Part shown: positions 18,864 through 28,100 of the stretch, piece by piece
How the letters are laid out: every line of letters starts with the position of its first letter
How positions within the stretch are numbered: position 1 is the first letter of the stretch
Source of the DNA: a virus
Taxonomy: Duplodnaviria; Caudoviricetes
DNA length: 41,200 nt
IMG/VR virus record: IMGVR_UViG_3300022666_000306
Location: 1 to 41,200 of that record
Direction: 5' to 3' (one strand)
Made by a program: the position numbers and the translations under genes
The notes under the pieces: model-generated
What the model was told of the DNA's origin: nothing
Databases searched by the model: none
The model's input: the letters and a program-made list of their open reading frames with translations, nothing else

Positions 18864-19380
18864 GTTCGAAGAACAAGAACACGGAATTATTGTATGGGCA
18901 AGAATTGATGGGATTATTCATCTTATCTTGCAGAATCCGAGGTACTTACAAAGGAAGCGAACCGGAGAATTGACAGAGCTTGTAATAGGTCATATTAAAA
19001 AAGAGTATAAGATTACTATATCTGAGAGAACTGCGCAACGATATGTTAAGGAAGCAAGAAATGAAATAAGAAGAATTAACGCCAGGAATATTGAGAAAAA
19101 AAAAGAGATGGCTGTTTTTGCGAGGTATAGTTTAATTGCACGAGCTCAGAAAGCCCAGAATTTGAAAGAGGAGAGGTTGACTTTGATGGATCTTGCGTCA
19201 CTTGAGGGACTTTATCCTGAAAAGAATATCAAACATACGGGTGAAATAATGTTAAAGAATATTGATTTTTCAAAGTTACCGGAAGGATTATTGCAGCGTA
19301 TTGTTGCGGGTGAAGATTTGAATAAAGTATTAGCTGAAATTAATGCAATTAACACTAATGCGGATAAAAGCACAAGCTGA
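18856..19380 (+). CDS. terS: Putative terminase small subunit
   Basis: HTH-like ISERTAQRY; overlaps the terL start. Confidence 0.65.
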   Translation: MTKFEEQEHGIIVWARIDGIIHLILQNPRYLQRKRTGELTELVIGHIKKEYKITISERTAQRYVKEARNEIRRINARNIEKKKEMAVFARYSLIARAQKAQNLKEERLTLMDLASLEGLYPEKNIKHTGEIMLKNIDFSKLPEGLLQRIVAGEDLNKVLAEINAINTNADKSTS

Positions 19381-20920
19381 ATTGGAATTAAGGAAGCGTA
19401 GAGCAGAGCGGCTAATGAACTATAAAAATCAAATTGATTATTACTCTACTCATCCTTTAGATTACATTGTAGAGCGTCTTGGTGTACGACGTGAGACAAT
19501 AGATTGGTGTTCTATTCCTGCTTATAAAGAACATCGCTGGGACGGAACAGAGAATCCTTTTGTTAAAATACTTAATTGCCTTGTGGACAAAAAATGGGTT
19601 GGAGTTGAATCAGCTACTTCAACTGGAAAAACTTTTCTTGGTGCTTGTCTTGTACTATGGTTTCTTGAGTGTTATGAGAATTCGCTTGTTGTTACAACTG
19701 CACCAAAGAAAGACCAATTAACTTTACACCTCTGGAGAGAGCTTGGGAGATTATATTCAAGATTCAATCGTGGTGAATTGCAAACATTAAAATTAAAGAT
19801 GAATCCAGATAGAGAAGATTGGCTTGCAGTTGGTTTTGTTGCAGGAGTTAAAGCTGATGAAGATTCAAGTACTAAGGCTCAGGGGTTTCACGCACAGCAT
19901 ATGTTGATTATATTTGAAGAGACACCGGGAATTCCACCACCAATCATAACTGCGTTTCAAAATACAAGTACATCACCTCATAATCTGATTCTTGCGTTCG
20001 GCAACCCGGATCATCAATTAGATAATTTGCATAAATTTTGCAAGCTTCCTAATGTTGAACATATTAGAATATCTGGTTTCGACCACCCAAATGTTGTGTT
20101 AAATGATTCTTCGTTTGTTCCCGGCGCTCAAAGTGTTGCAGGACTTGAGAAGATGTTGCAACGTTATGGGGATAAACTTAATCCTCTTTACTTATCGAGA
20201 GCAAGAGGGATTAGTCCTTCACAGAGCGAAGATAGTTTAATACGATTAGAATGGTGCTATGCTTGTGCGAATAAAAGAAAGATATACGAGGATGAACAAG
20301 GGCAAATTAATTACAATAAAATCGAAGGGAAAAAATATCTTGGAGTAGATGTAGCTAATAGTGAAGGTGGAGATAAGGCTGCAATTACAAAAGGAAAAGG
20401 AAACTTTATAAAATCAGTCATCGATTTTCAATGTCCAGATTCAAATGCTCTTGGCAGACAAATATATCAAATAATGAAAGACGAAGATATTGATGCACCT
20501 TGCGTCGGCATAGACGGTGTTGGTGTAGGTGCAGGAACTGTCAACACTCTTAAAGAGCTTGGTGAGGGAGTGATTAATATTCAGGGTGCAGAGAAACCCG
20601 TAGAACAAGGAACAGAAGAAGAATTTAATAATCTTCGTTCGCAGATGTTTTGGCTGTTGCGAGAAGATATAAGAAACGGTGAATTGATTCTACCTTATGA
20701 CGAAGATTTATTTGCTGATTTGACTACACCAAAATGGTTCACACGTAACGGAAAGATAGTAGTTGAAAGTAAAGAAGATATTAAAAAGCGACTTGGACAT
20801 TCGCCAAATAAAGGTGATTCTGTCGCTTATTATAACTTTACAAGAAGACTATACGGTCATAAGACAGTAATTAAAACGAGTAAAAAAAGAATCTCCAGAA
20901 ATTTATTAGCAGGGTATTAA
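19343..20920 (+). CDS. terL: Terminase large subunit
   Basis: Walker A ATSTGKT, Walker B IIFEE, GNP, nuclease GVDVA, IDGVGVG, SPNKGDS. Confidence 0.92.
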   Translation: MQLTLMRIKAQAELELRKRRAERLMNYKNQIDYYSTHPLDYIVERLGVRRETIDWCSIPAYKEHRWDGTENPFVKILNCLVDKKWVGVESATSTGKTFLGACLVLWFLECYENSLVVTTAPKKDQLTLHLWRELGRLYSRFNRGELQTLKLKMNPDREDWLAVGFVAGVKADEDSSTKAQGFHAQHMLIIFEETPGIPPPIITAFQNTSTSPHNLILAFGNPDHQLDNLHKFCKLPNVEHIRISGFDHPNVVLNDSSFVPGAQSVAGLEKMLQRYGDKLNPLYLSRARGISPSQSEDSLIRLEWCYACANKRKIYEDEQGQINYNKIEGKKYLGVDVANSEGGDKAAITKGKGNFIKSVIDFQCPDSNALGRQIYQIMKDEDIDAPCVGIDGVGVGAGTVNTLKELGEGVINIQGAEKPVEQGTEEEFNNLRSQMFWLLREDIRNGELILPYDEDLFADLTTPKWFTRNGKIVVESKEDIKKRLGHSPNKGDSVAYYNFTRRLYGHKTVIKTSKKRISRNLLAGY

Positions 20921-20921
20921 T

Positions 20922-21203
20922 ATGAATGCAAACTATAAATGGATTGAACAAATTGATTATAAAAAACACCTTGATGGGAACAGTGCCTTAATGGTGGAGA
21001 TTTGCGGTTTAGATAAATTTATAGATTTAGTTGAAGCCTTTGCAAAGACTCAAATATATTTCAGCACGGAGCCGCTTATTAAAATGAAAAAAGAATATAT
21101 TCTTGCATTCAATTCAAAATATACGGCTAAAGAATTAGCGCGGATACTTCAAGTTAGTGAGAGGTTTGTGTATAAGGTTTTGAGAGAATTAATCACCACT
21201 TAA
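20922..21203 (+). CDS. Mor/C-family late transcription activator
   Basis: ICG.D.F..LVE.F..TQIYF...KELARILQVSERFVYKVL. Confidence 0.78.
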   Translation: MNANYKWIEQIDYKKHLDGNSALMVEICGLDKFIDLVEAFAKTQIYFSTEPLIKMKKEYILAFNSKYTAKELARILQVSERFVYKVLRELITT

Positions 21204-21662
21204 AGCTAAAAGTCCAAACACTGCTAAACCAACAACAGCACGAGTTCTATTTTTATTTCCCTTAATATTATTAGCGACTTTCGTTAGATTATTATTTAAT
21301 TGAGTTATCGTCGTATTATTATTAATTATTAAAGATTGATATTCTTTCATCCAGCCCGGCAATCTTTCGGGGGATATACCGACACTAATAATAACAATCC
21401 TTTTGTTAGTAAATAAAGCTCCTCCAAACTTTTGGTTAACGAAAGAGGAATTTATACTGTTTTCTGTTACAATCACAATAACATATTCAGCAGAGTTAAA
21501 AGCTTGTTTGATTTTTTCTGACCATTTATCACCTACTTTAATGTTTTGTGATGCCAAAAAAACTTCTAATCCATTTGATTCCAATATTTTTTTCGTATAT
21601 GTCGCCAATGTTTCGTCTTTACTTGAATAACTAATAAAACAATTCCACATAGTTTGATTCAT
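21189..21662 (-). CDS. TIR-domain protein with C-terminal hydrophobic helix; catalytic Glu position is Lys
   Basis: FISYSSKD, I.VGDKW...I, SINSSFVNQKFG; tail AVVGLAVFGLLAL. Confidence 0.88.
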   Translation of the reverse strand: MNQTMWNCFISYSSKDETLATYTKKILESNGLEVFLASQNIKVGDKWSEKIKQAFNSAEYVIVIVTENSINSSFVNQKFGGALFTNKRIVIISVGISPERLPGWMKEYQSLIINNNTTITQLNNNLTKVANNIKGNKNRTRAVVGLAVFGLLALSGD

Positions 21663-21665
21663 CCT

Positions 21666-22622
21666 TTATAAATGGTTTCTTAATAATGAATAACAGTTCT
21701 CGTCAATAAATATATTACTAAAAAGACCTTGAATTTTTGTAATCTTAATGAGATAACTTTTTTTTTTGATTGTTTCCTTTTCAGTTAATCCAATACCAGT
21801 CGCAAATAACCACTGTTCTTTATTTGCATCAAACTTTAACATATCCACATTTTCTTTATTAAATCCAAAACCTAAAATGAATATTCTTTTAGCGGAGTTT
21901 AATTCATTTCTGATATCCACATTCTGTTCCCCTGATCTTTCAGAAATTGTAAGAATGTTATTTACATCCTGATCATCGAAACCATAAAAATATGCATTTT
22001 CTCCGAACCGATAACCATCTTTTATGTTTTGTCTATTTTCCATAAAGGGATTACTAACTCTACCATAGACATGTATTATTTTTATTTTCTCATTAAACTT
22101 TAGTATTTCTTTAATTTCACTATCTATAAATTGATTTTTTAGACTCTTTAGGAATAAATATTCTAAAGAACTGTCGTAATTAAAAGTAATGAATGACACT
22201 TTGTTTGTGAAAAATGTTTCAAGTGAGTAAGTTTCTTCAAGCATTTCTCTAAACAAATACCCAAACCAATCATAATCAATATTTATTGTATCAGTACTAA
22301 ACTTGTCTTGTAATTTTTTTTCACAGTTCAATATCTCAAAAATAATAGCTTTTTTTGCTAAATAAGAGAAACTTTCATTGATATTAATATAACTATCAAT
22401 TGAGAGGTCTGGAGTGCCAGCGAAGGAGTTAATAAAAAGTTGAGCTCGCCGAAGAATCTCGTCTGGAAACAAACCTATATCCCGCAATTTTTCCAAATCA
22501 CATATCTTCAATTTGTCTATAAAATTTTTACAAATATTTGTTTTTAACTCAGCACCAGTTGGAAAACCAAAAGGTTTACTTGCTCCTGCACCAAGTACGA
22601 ATACAGTTTTTTCTTTTATCAT
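21666..22622 (-). CDS. SIR2-like (SIR2_2/AbiH-related) protein
   Basis: VLGAGAS..GFP, ITFNYD, HVYG, ILGFGF motifs. Confidence 0.85.
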   Translation of the reverse strand: MIKEKTVFVLGAGASKPFGFPTGAELKTNICKNFIDKLKICDLEKLRDIGLFPDEILRRAQLFINSFAGTPDLSIDSYININESFSYLAKKAIIFEILNCEKKLQDKFSTDTINIDYDWFGYLFREMLEETYSLETFFTNKVSFITFNYDSSLEYLFLKSLKNQFIDSEIKEILKFNEKIKIIHVYGRVSNPFMENRQNIKDGYRFGENAYFYGFDDQDVNNILTISERSGEQNVDIRNELNSAKRIFILGFGFNKENVDMLKFDANKEQWLFATGIGLTEKETIKKKSYLIKITKIQGLFSNIFIDENCYSLLRNHL

Positions 22623-22747
22623 AATTGTTTTTTAATTGGTCCTTTACCAATAGTAGCTATAATACGATTTTTAAGTTTATTTATCAGCTCATTATTATTG
22701 TCAATTGTTTCTGCAAGAAGATTACAAATAGGACACTGAACTACCAT
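22619..22747 (-). pseudogene. 42-aa ORF, probable internally deleted gene (CxxC N-terminus joined to a TIR/NDT-like C-terminus)
   Basis: MVVQCPICNLLAETIDNNNELINKLKNRIIATIGKGPIKKQL*; ATGA overlap with SIR2 start; not in ORF track. Confidence 0.55.
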
Positions 22748-22843
22748 TTAATTTGCTCTCAAGTTTATTTTTGTTGCAAAAATAACTAAAGAGTGGTTAT
22801 TTTTACAAAGTAATTCAGTTCTTATTCTTTAATGGTTAACCGT

Positions 22844-23497
22844 ATGAATAATTATAAATTTATAGTAGCATTATTTGTTGTCTTCTGTTTTGCCGGATGT
22901 TCAAATTATATCGCACGATATTCCTTCGAGTATGAATTTGAGAATACCCATCAAACTAATTTCAATGCAAAAGATGAACTCTTTGCTCAATACGAATATC
23001 GTTTTGAAAATGATGTTTTCAAATTACATCTTTTTATTGATGCTGAGGAAATTGGTTTGTACCTGATTAATAAATCAAAATACCCACTCAAGATTATCTG
23101 GGACAGTGTAAAAATATACTCTGACTATATCGGTAATTCCCCTATCCCTTTTTTACATACAAACAAAAGCCAAGATAACATCAAAGCTCCCCATACTTCA
23201 GATCCAGATTATAAGGCAATAACTTCGATACTAAATCTACAAAATGAGGATTTACCCGCTGAGATTAAACCAATAATTGTTCTTAGTAATAAAACCTGGA
23301 TGGATGAAATCATTCCTTCAAATAACCAATACTTACTGCCCTACATAAATCGTAATAGAGAAAGACTGATAGAGAATTCTGACAAAGTAATAGGAAGCAA
23401 ATTAACGCTCGTTTTACCTCTAAAACATCAGCAACAAACAGAATATTTCACATTCGTTTTCACTCTCAAGAATAAAGATGTAATTGTGAGTGGCTAA
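22844..23497 (+). CDS. Lipoprotein of unknown function
   Basis: Signal peptide ending in lipobox-like FAGC. Confidence 0.72.
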   Translation: MNNYKFIVALFVVFCFAGCSNYIARYSFEYEFENTHQTNFNAKDELFAQYEYRFENDVFKLHLFIDAEEIGLYLINKSKYPLKIIWDSVKIYSDYIGNSPIPFLHTNKSQDNIKAPHTSDPDYKAITSILNLQNEDLPAEIKPIIVLSNKTWMDEIIPSNNQYLLPYINRNRERLIENSDKVIGSKLTLVLPLKHQQQTEYFTFVFTLKNKDVIVSG

Positions 23498-23524
23498 TAT
23501 TTGTAAAATTAATAACTAACACCA

Positions 23525-24832
23525 ATGAGTTCATATCAACTAAAAACACAAACAATCTACTGTGGCGATAACCTTAAAATGCTTAAGGACGTTCCTGATG
23601 AATCGGTAGATTTAATCTATATCGATCCACCATTCAACAGTAACCGCAATTACGAAGTATTCTGGGGAGACTCTCAGGAAAAACGTGCTTTCAACGATCG
23701 ATTTGGAGATGTTACAGCCTACATAGATTATATGCGTCCACGTGTTGTTGAACATTACCGTGTGCTTAAAAAAACAGGCAGCTTTTATTACCATTGCGAC
23801 TGGCATGCAAGTCACTATGTGAAAATTATGTTAGACCAAATATTTGGGTTTAATAATTTTCGGAATGAAATCATTTGGCATTATGGTCAAAGGACGATGC
23901 ACAATAAATACAAATATAATTCTAAGCATGATACGATTTTTTTCTATGCAAAAACAAAAGCACACACTTTAAACATAATTACTGAGTCTTGGACTAAAGA
24001 AGAAATTAGTTCTACAAGAGCAAGAAAAATATTAAAAGACGAAAATGGTGAAGAGTATATTTGGGACAATCGTTCAGTTTCTAAGGGTTATCCGGCAAAG
24101 AAGCAATATATCAAAGATATTATTGAAAAAGGAAAGGCAATTGATTCTGTTTGGGATATACCATTTATTGGTAGTACGGCTGAAGAACGCCTTGGCTATC
24201 CGACACAAAAACCCATTGCACTTCTTGAAAGGATAATTAATGCAAGCAGCAATAAAGGAGATACAGTGCTGGATGGATTCTGCGGTTGTGGTACCACACT
24301 TATCGCCGCACAAAAGCTCAACCGTAAATGGATTGGAATAGATATTTCACCGACAGCATGCCGCGTTATGGCAGATAGACTTTACAACGACTTCAAACTT
24401 GAAGAAGGAAAAGATTTCTTTGTCCGTGATTTGCGTAAAACAGAAGAAGAATTAATCAACTTGCCTCACTTCGAATTTCAAAACTGGGCTGTCATTGCCC
24501 TGGGTGGAATTCCAAGTAAAGTTCTCAGTGGCGATTACGGTATCGATGGGAAACTATATCCAATTGATTTTGCTAAAAAGAAAACAGAAGGTAAAGACCT
24601 TTTTGGTGAAGCGGATATATATTATCCAATCCAGGTAAAACAAAAAGAGAAAGCCGGCAGACCTGATATTGACAGCTTTGAAACAGCGATTAGAAGAGAT
24701 GGCCGAAGGAAAGGTTACTTTGTAGCCTTTGGCTTTACAAAAGACGCAATTGCAGAAATGAAACGTCTTGATAAAGAGGGAGAAATCGAAATCATCCCCA
24801 TAACAGTAAATGAATTACTGAAAAGAGAATAA
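23525..24832 (+). CDS. Beta-class N6A/N4C DNA methyltransferase fused to an Mrr-like endonuclease-fold domain
   Basis: DPPF precedes YPTQKP and LDGFCGCGTT; C-terminal D.GIDG...IQVKQ. Confidence 0.9.
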   Translation: MSSYQLKTQTIYCGDNLKMLKDVPDESVDLIYIDPPFNSNRNYEVFWGDSQEKRAFNDRFGDVTAYIDYMRPRVVEHYRVLKKTGSFYYHCDWHASHYVKIMLDQIFGFNNFRNEIIWHYGQRTMHNKYKYNSKHDTIFFYAKTKAHTLNIITESWTKEEISSTRARKILKDENGEEYIWDNRSVSKGYPAKKQYIKDIIEKGKAIDSVWDIPFIGSTAEERLGYPTQKPIALLERIINASSNKGDTVLDGFCGCGTTLIAAQKLNRKWIGIDISPTACRVMADRLYNDFKLEEGKDFFVRDLRKTEEELINLPHFEFQNWAVIALGGIPSKVLSGDYGIDGKLYPIDFAKKKTEGKDLFGEADIYYPIQVKQKEKAGRPDIDSFETAIRRDGRRKGYFVAFGFTKDAIAEMKRLDKEGEIEIIPITVNELLKRE

Positions 24833-24844
24833 AGAAGGTTTATT

Positions 24845-25270
24845 ATGAAGAAATATTTATTTATTGCAATATTCTCCAGTCTTTGTTTTTATGGATGTAT
24901 AGCAGTATTAGAATCAAATGAAAGAATTTCTGTTACAGGATATGACTTTACACCGTATGCAACAAATAACTTTTTATTTACCACTGACTCATATTCTGCG
25001 GGAGATTACCTAACGATGGGTTACTTGAATGTAGCTTATTATCCTTACGTACTTAAAAAAAGCAGAAATAAAGAATCGACTGATTATTATAATTACTATA
25101 TTGGAGAAATAAATACAAAAGCGGCTATAGATTCAATGTATAAAGTAGCAGTTTCTATGGAAGCGAATGCAATTATAAATTTCAAAGTTGAAAGAAGTTT
25201 TTATCTCAATGGAAATATCAACGTTCCTTATGTTGTAGTAAGTGGCTTAGCAATTAAACGTAAGAATTAA
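24845..25270 (+). CDS. Lipoprotein with YbjQ/heavy-metal-binding-like domain
   Basis: Lipobox-like FYGC; A..MEANAIINF...SGLAIK. Confidence 0.7.
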   Translation: MKKYLFIAIFSSLCFYGCIAVLESNERISVTGYDFTPYATNNFLFTTDSYSAGDYLTMGYLNVAYYPYVLKKSRNKESTDYYNYYIGEINTKAAIDSMYKVAVSMEANAIINFKVERSFYLNGNINVPYVVVSGLAIKRKN

Positions 25271-25740
25271 TTCTTTACTATCCGATGTTCTATCTTCCTC
25301 TTTATCTTTTCAAGTTCGTTTGGTGGTAGGGTGAGGAAGGGACGTGCGGGAATCTTTATCGTTTTAGATTTCATAAAACGAATCTTGTTAACTTTCTTGT
25401 TCTTGCCTGCATTTGTTTTTGATGTGAAGGAACCACCGAACTGATGTATTGCAGCATAAATTTTATTTGTCCCAATAACTACAGAAGTACTGTCATATTT
25501 CTTAGATATAGAACGTAAAAGCATTCCAGTCCGTTGTAATATTTTTCCCGGCCAATATCCAAGCCTTTTTCTTTCCTTTATTGTTGAGCGTGCGAGTGGT
25601 TTCCATTTAGGACGACCTTCTCTTTCAAAGTTTTCTTTAACAGCATCAAGCATATCTTCCGATATTTCTCGCATAAGCGGTTTAAGGTTTGTTATCTTAT
25701 TTATAAAACTTTTAAGAACGTCGATTTTTGCTGTCTGCAT
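25267..25740 (-). CDS. Mu gpG-like virion morphogenesis (tail completion) protein
   Basis: W.PL...T, GTN..YAAIHQFGG, IPARPFL. Confidence 0.9.
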   Translation of the reverse strand: MQTAKIDVLKSFINKITNLKPLMREISEDMLDAVKENFEREGRPKWKPLARSTIKERKRLGYWPGKILQRTGMLLRSISKKYDSTSVVIGTNKIYAAIHQFGGSFTSKTNAGKNKKVNKIRFMKSKTIKIPARPFLTLPPNELEKIKRKIEHRIVKN

Positions 25741-25743
25741 TGT

Positions 25744-26487
25744 TTACGTGACCTTCTTATATTCAGCGACAATATCTTTATCGTATTTACTTAAATCAGG
25801 TCCCCAATTTACTTTAGCAGGATTGTAATTCCACTCGTCTGGTGGAAGATTTTCTTTATTTGGCATTCTCTTTTCAACCACTAATCCTTTTTCTTTTAGT
25901 TGTTCTTTTGTTAACGCTCTTACATGACAACGACAGCCCCAATCGTTAGGTGGGTAGTAAGTATCCCAGAATGGGTGGTCTGCAGGATATACTTTTCCAT
26001 TTAGTTTTCTATGAGAATCTCTTGTGTTGCTATCCATTACAGCTACATATTGCCAATAAGGGCGATTATCTACATTCTCAATCATTCCTTGATACCTACC
26101 TACTGAGTAAGCTACACCAAGATTTGTTTCGTAAATGGTTTGTAATCTTTTAGGGCTTCCAAGTTGGACGTCAATGATATTCCCTTCGTTATCAAACATT
26201 GCTTGTTTTCCCCACCAGCCAAGTTTTTTTAATGTTGGTTCAAGTTCGTATTGAAATTGTTCAAAAGTTATTCCTTCACTAATTGCTTTATCGACAACAT
26301 CTCTTATTGATTGTAGAACGTCCATATTCATTGCCTTTGCGACCGTAAAGGCTTTATGATGAGCAGACTGCCAAACTTCAAACCAATTGAATGAAAAAGT
26401 ATATCCCTTGCTTTTAAAATAAGAGATAATTTTCTCCGGCGGTAAATTTACCGCAAATGATAAGTCAATTTTATTTTTCTTCGGCAT
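25744..26487 (-). CDS. Mu gp30/F-like head morphogenesis protein
   Basis: AFTVAK, LGSP.RL.TIY.TN, D..TR..H, PPNDWGCRC. Confidence 0.92.
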   Translation of the reverse strand: MPKKNKIDLSFAVNLPPEKIISYFKSKGYTFSFNWFEVWQSAHHKAFTVAKAMNMDVLQSIRDVVDKAISEGITFEQFQYELEPTLKKLGWWGKQAMFDNEGNIIDVQLGSPKRLQTIYETNLGVAYSVGRYQGMIENVDNRPYWQYVAVMDSNTRDSHRKLNGKVYPADHPFWDTYYPPNDWGCRCHVRALTKEQLKEKGLVVEKRMPNKENLPPDEWNYNPAKVNWGPDLSKYDKDIVAEYKKVT

Positions 26488-27946
26488 TTAACCGTCCCCA
26501 TATCTCGCTAACAAAAATAGCTTTTTCAAGTAATGATTCAAGTTGTGAGGTATTCATCTTTGGATATTGTTTTGCGAGGTTCTTTTTAACTTCTGAATAA
26601 TCGTTGCTTTGATTAATTAAATCAATTACTGGCTTTAATGTCTGTTCTATTTGTAATTGTAAATATTTATCAGGAATATTTTTTAGTAAATCATCAATCT
26701 CTTTATCATTCATTTTTGTAACTGCTTCAGCAAAATTCTGAGTTGAGGTTTCTACGGGAGACTCAACTACAAATTCATCTTCTTCAAGATTATAAGTTTT
26801 TTGAAAATAAGACTTAGTAAACTTAACGCCTACTCTGGATAGTATTTCATCTCTTTCTGCCACTACTTTATCAATCCCATCTTCTTTGTAAAGATTAAAT
26901 TTCGGGCTCTTTCCATTACCGTAATTCAAAATATGCATTAAATAAATAATTCTATTAAATACTGATTCAGCAATTCTCTGGTCGGAAAAATTGGTATCTT
27001 CTTCACCTTCTTTTTGTGTCTTTGAAGCGGCATAAGAACCTATTCCACTTTGCAATTCAACGGTATTAGATACTGTTAAAATTGCCTTACTTATTTCAGC
27101 GTTGCAAAACATTACTAATCTTTCGTATAAGTCCGCACTTGCAGTCTTAGAAGACGATTCTTTAATCTCTACACTTTCATCATTATTTATTACAGCAATA
27201 GCATCTTGAATCATATTTTCAAGCATTAGTGAAAGCTTGTCAACATCTTTTTCTTTTGTCCCTCTCGGTACTTTACCTAATAAAAAAGGCATTCCGTATT
27301 TTTCTGTCATAGTTAGCCAAAATTTAATCCCACCTTTCTTAAACGCAACAGGCCAGAATATTTTTGATGCGGCTCTGTCACCGTAAGGGTTTAGATATGT
27401 AGGTTTGAACCTCGAAACAATGAAAGACATTTCGTCTGCTAATATTCCTTGAGTGTTTGACTGTGATTTAATCCTTAATCTATTATTTACGTCGTAAAAA
27501 AAATACTCCTGAGGACGGTCTTCTATTTTTGGAACTCTCTTTCCATTTATTAGTTCCCATTCTATTAAAAATGGTTGGTAGCCGTAGTAAATGCAATTAA
27601 GTATTTTATCTATTAAATCATAAATATCAATCGAATCAAAATAGTCGTAAAGAAAACTTATTTCTCTTTTTGACGCATCATTATTTTTAATCTCCCATAA
27701 CATTGATAGAACGCCGGCTTTTCGTTTTTCAAGGACCGCAGATAGGTGAGCATCTGTTAGTAGTTCCCGATATGTAGTTATATCAATTCCTTTAGCTCTT
27801 AATATAGGGTCTGGGTCAGGGAGATAAGTTAAAGACGAGAAATAAGTAAACTGCTTTTCTCGAGAAACTAAATTACTTTGTGAACTAAGCGTTTCAGCAA
27901 AATTTGAGAAGGTCTTATTTACATAACTAAATATTTTTTTAAGCAT
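26471..27946 (-). CDS. Mu gp29-like portal protein (DUF935)
   Basis: DAHL, NPYG, EKYGMP..LGK, CNAEISKAIL, GSYAA. Confidence 0.92.
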   Translation of the reverse strand: MLKKIFSYVNKTFSNFAETLSSQSNLVSREKQFTYFSSLTYLPDPDPILRAKGIDITTYRELLTDAHLSAVLEKRKAGVLSMLWEIKNNDASKREISFLYDYFDSIDIYDLIDKILNCIYYGYQPFLIEWELINGKRVPKIEDRPQEYFFYDVNNRLRIKSQSNTQGILADEMSFIVSRFKPTYLNPYGDRAASKIFWPVAFKKGGIKFWLTMTEKYGMPFLLGKVPRGTKEKDVDKLSLMLENMIQDAIAVINNDESVEIKESSSKTASADLYERLVMFCNAEISKAILTVSNTVELQSGIGSYAASKTQKEGEEDTNFSDQRIAESVFNRIIYLMHILNYGNGKSPKFNLYKEDGIDKVVAERDEILSRVGVKFTKSYFQKTYNLEEDEFVVESPVETSTQNFAEAVTKMNDKEIDDLLKNIPDKYLQLQIEQTLKPVIDLINQSNDYSEVKKNLAKQYPKMNTSQLESLLEKAIFVSEIWGRLNAEEK

Positions 27947-28016
27947 TATTCTAATCCTTTGTTTGATATACCTGATAAAATATTCTTTCTTTCTGATTAA
28001 TTACAACGAACGAAGC

Positions 28017-28031
28017 AATGAACTGTTCATT
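28017..28031. promoter_or_regulatory. Palindrome at divergent head-gene promoter (candidate Mor/C site)
   Basis: AATGAAC-T-GTTCATT centred between the portal and protease starts. Confidence 0.55.
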
Positions 28032-28100
28032 TTACTTTCCTATTGCTTAAAAATATTTTTTGCTCAGTGATTTTAAGTAATAAATTTTTTGAGGAACAAA

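Noticed and set aside
21185-28005. Active invertible segment bounded by AATTAATCA / TGATTAATT
   Set aside because: Only 9 bp of AT-rich match, expected by chance, and no invertase gene
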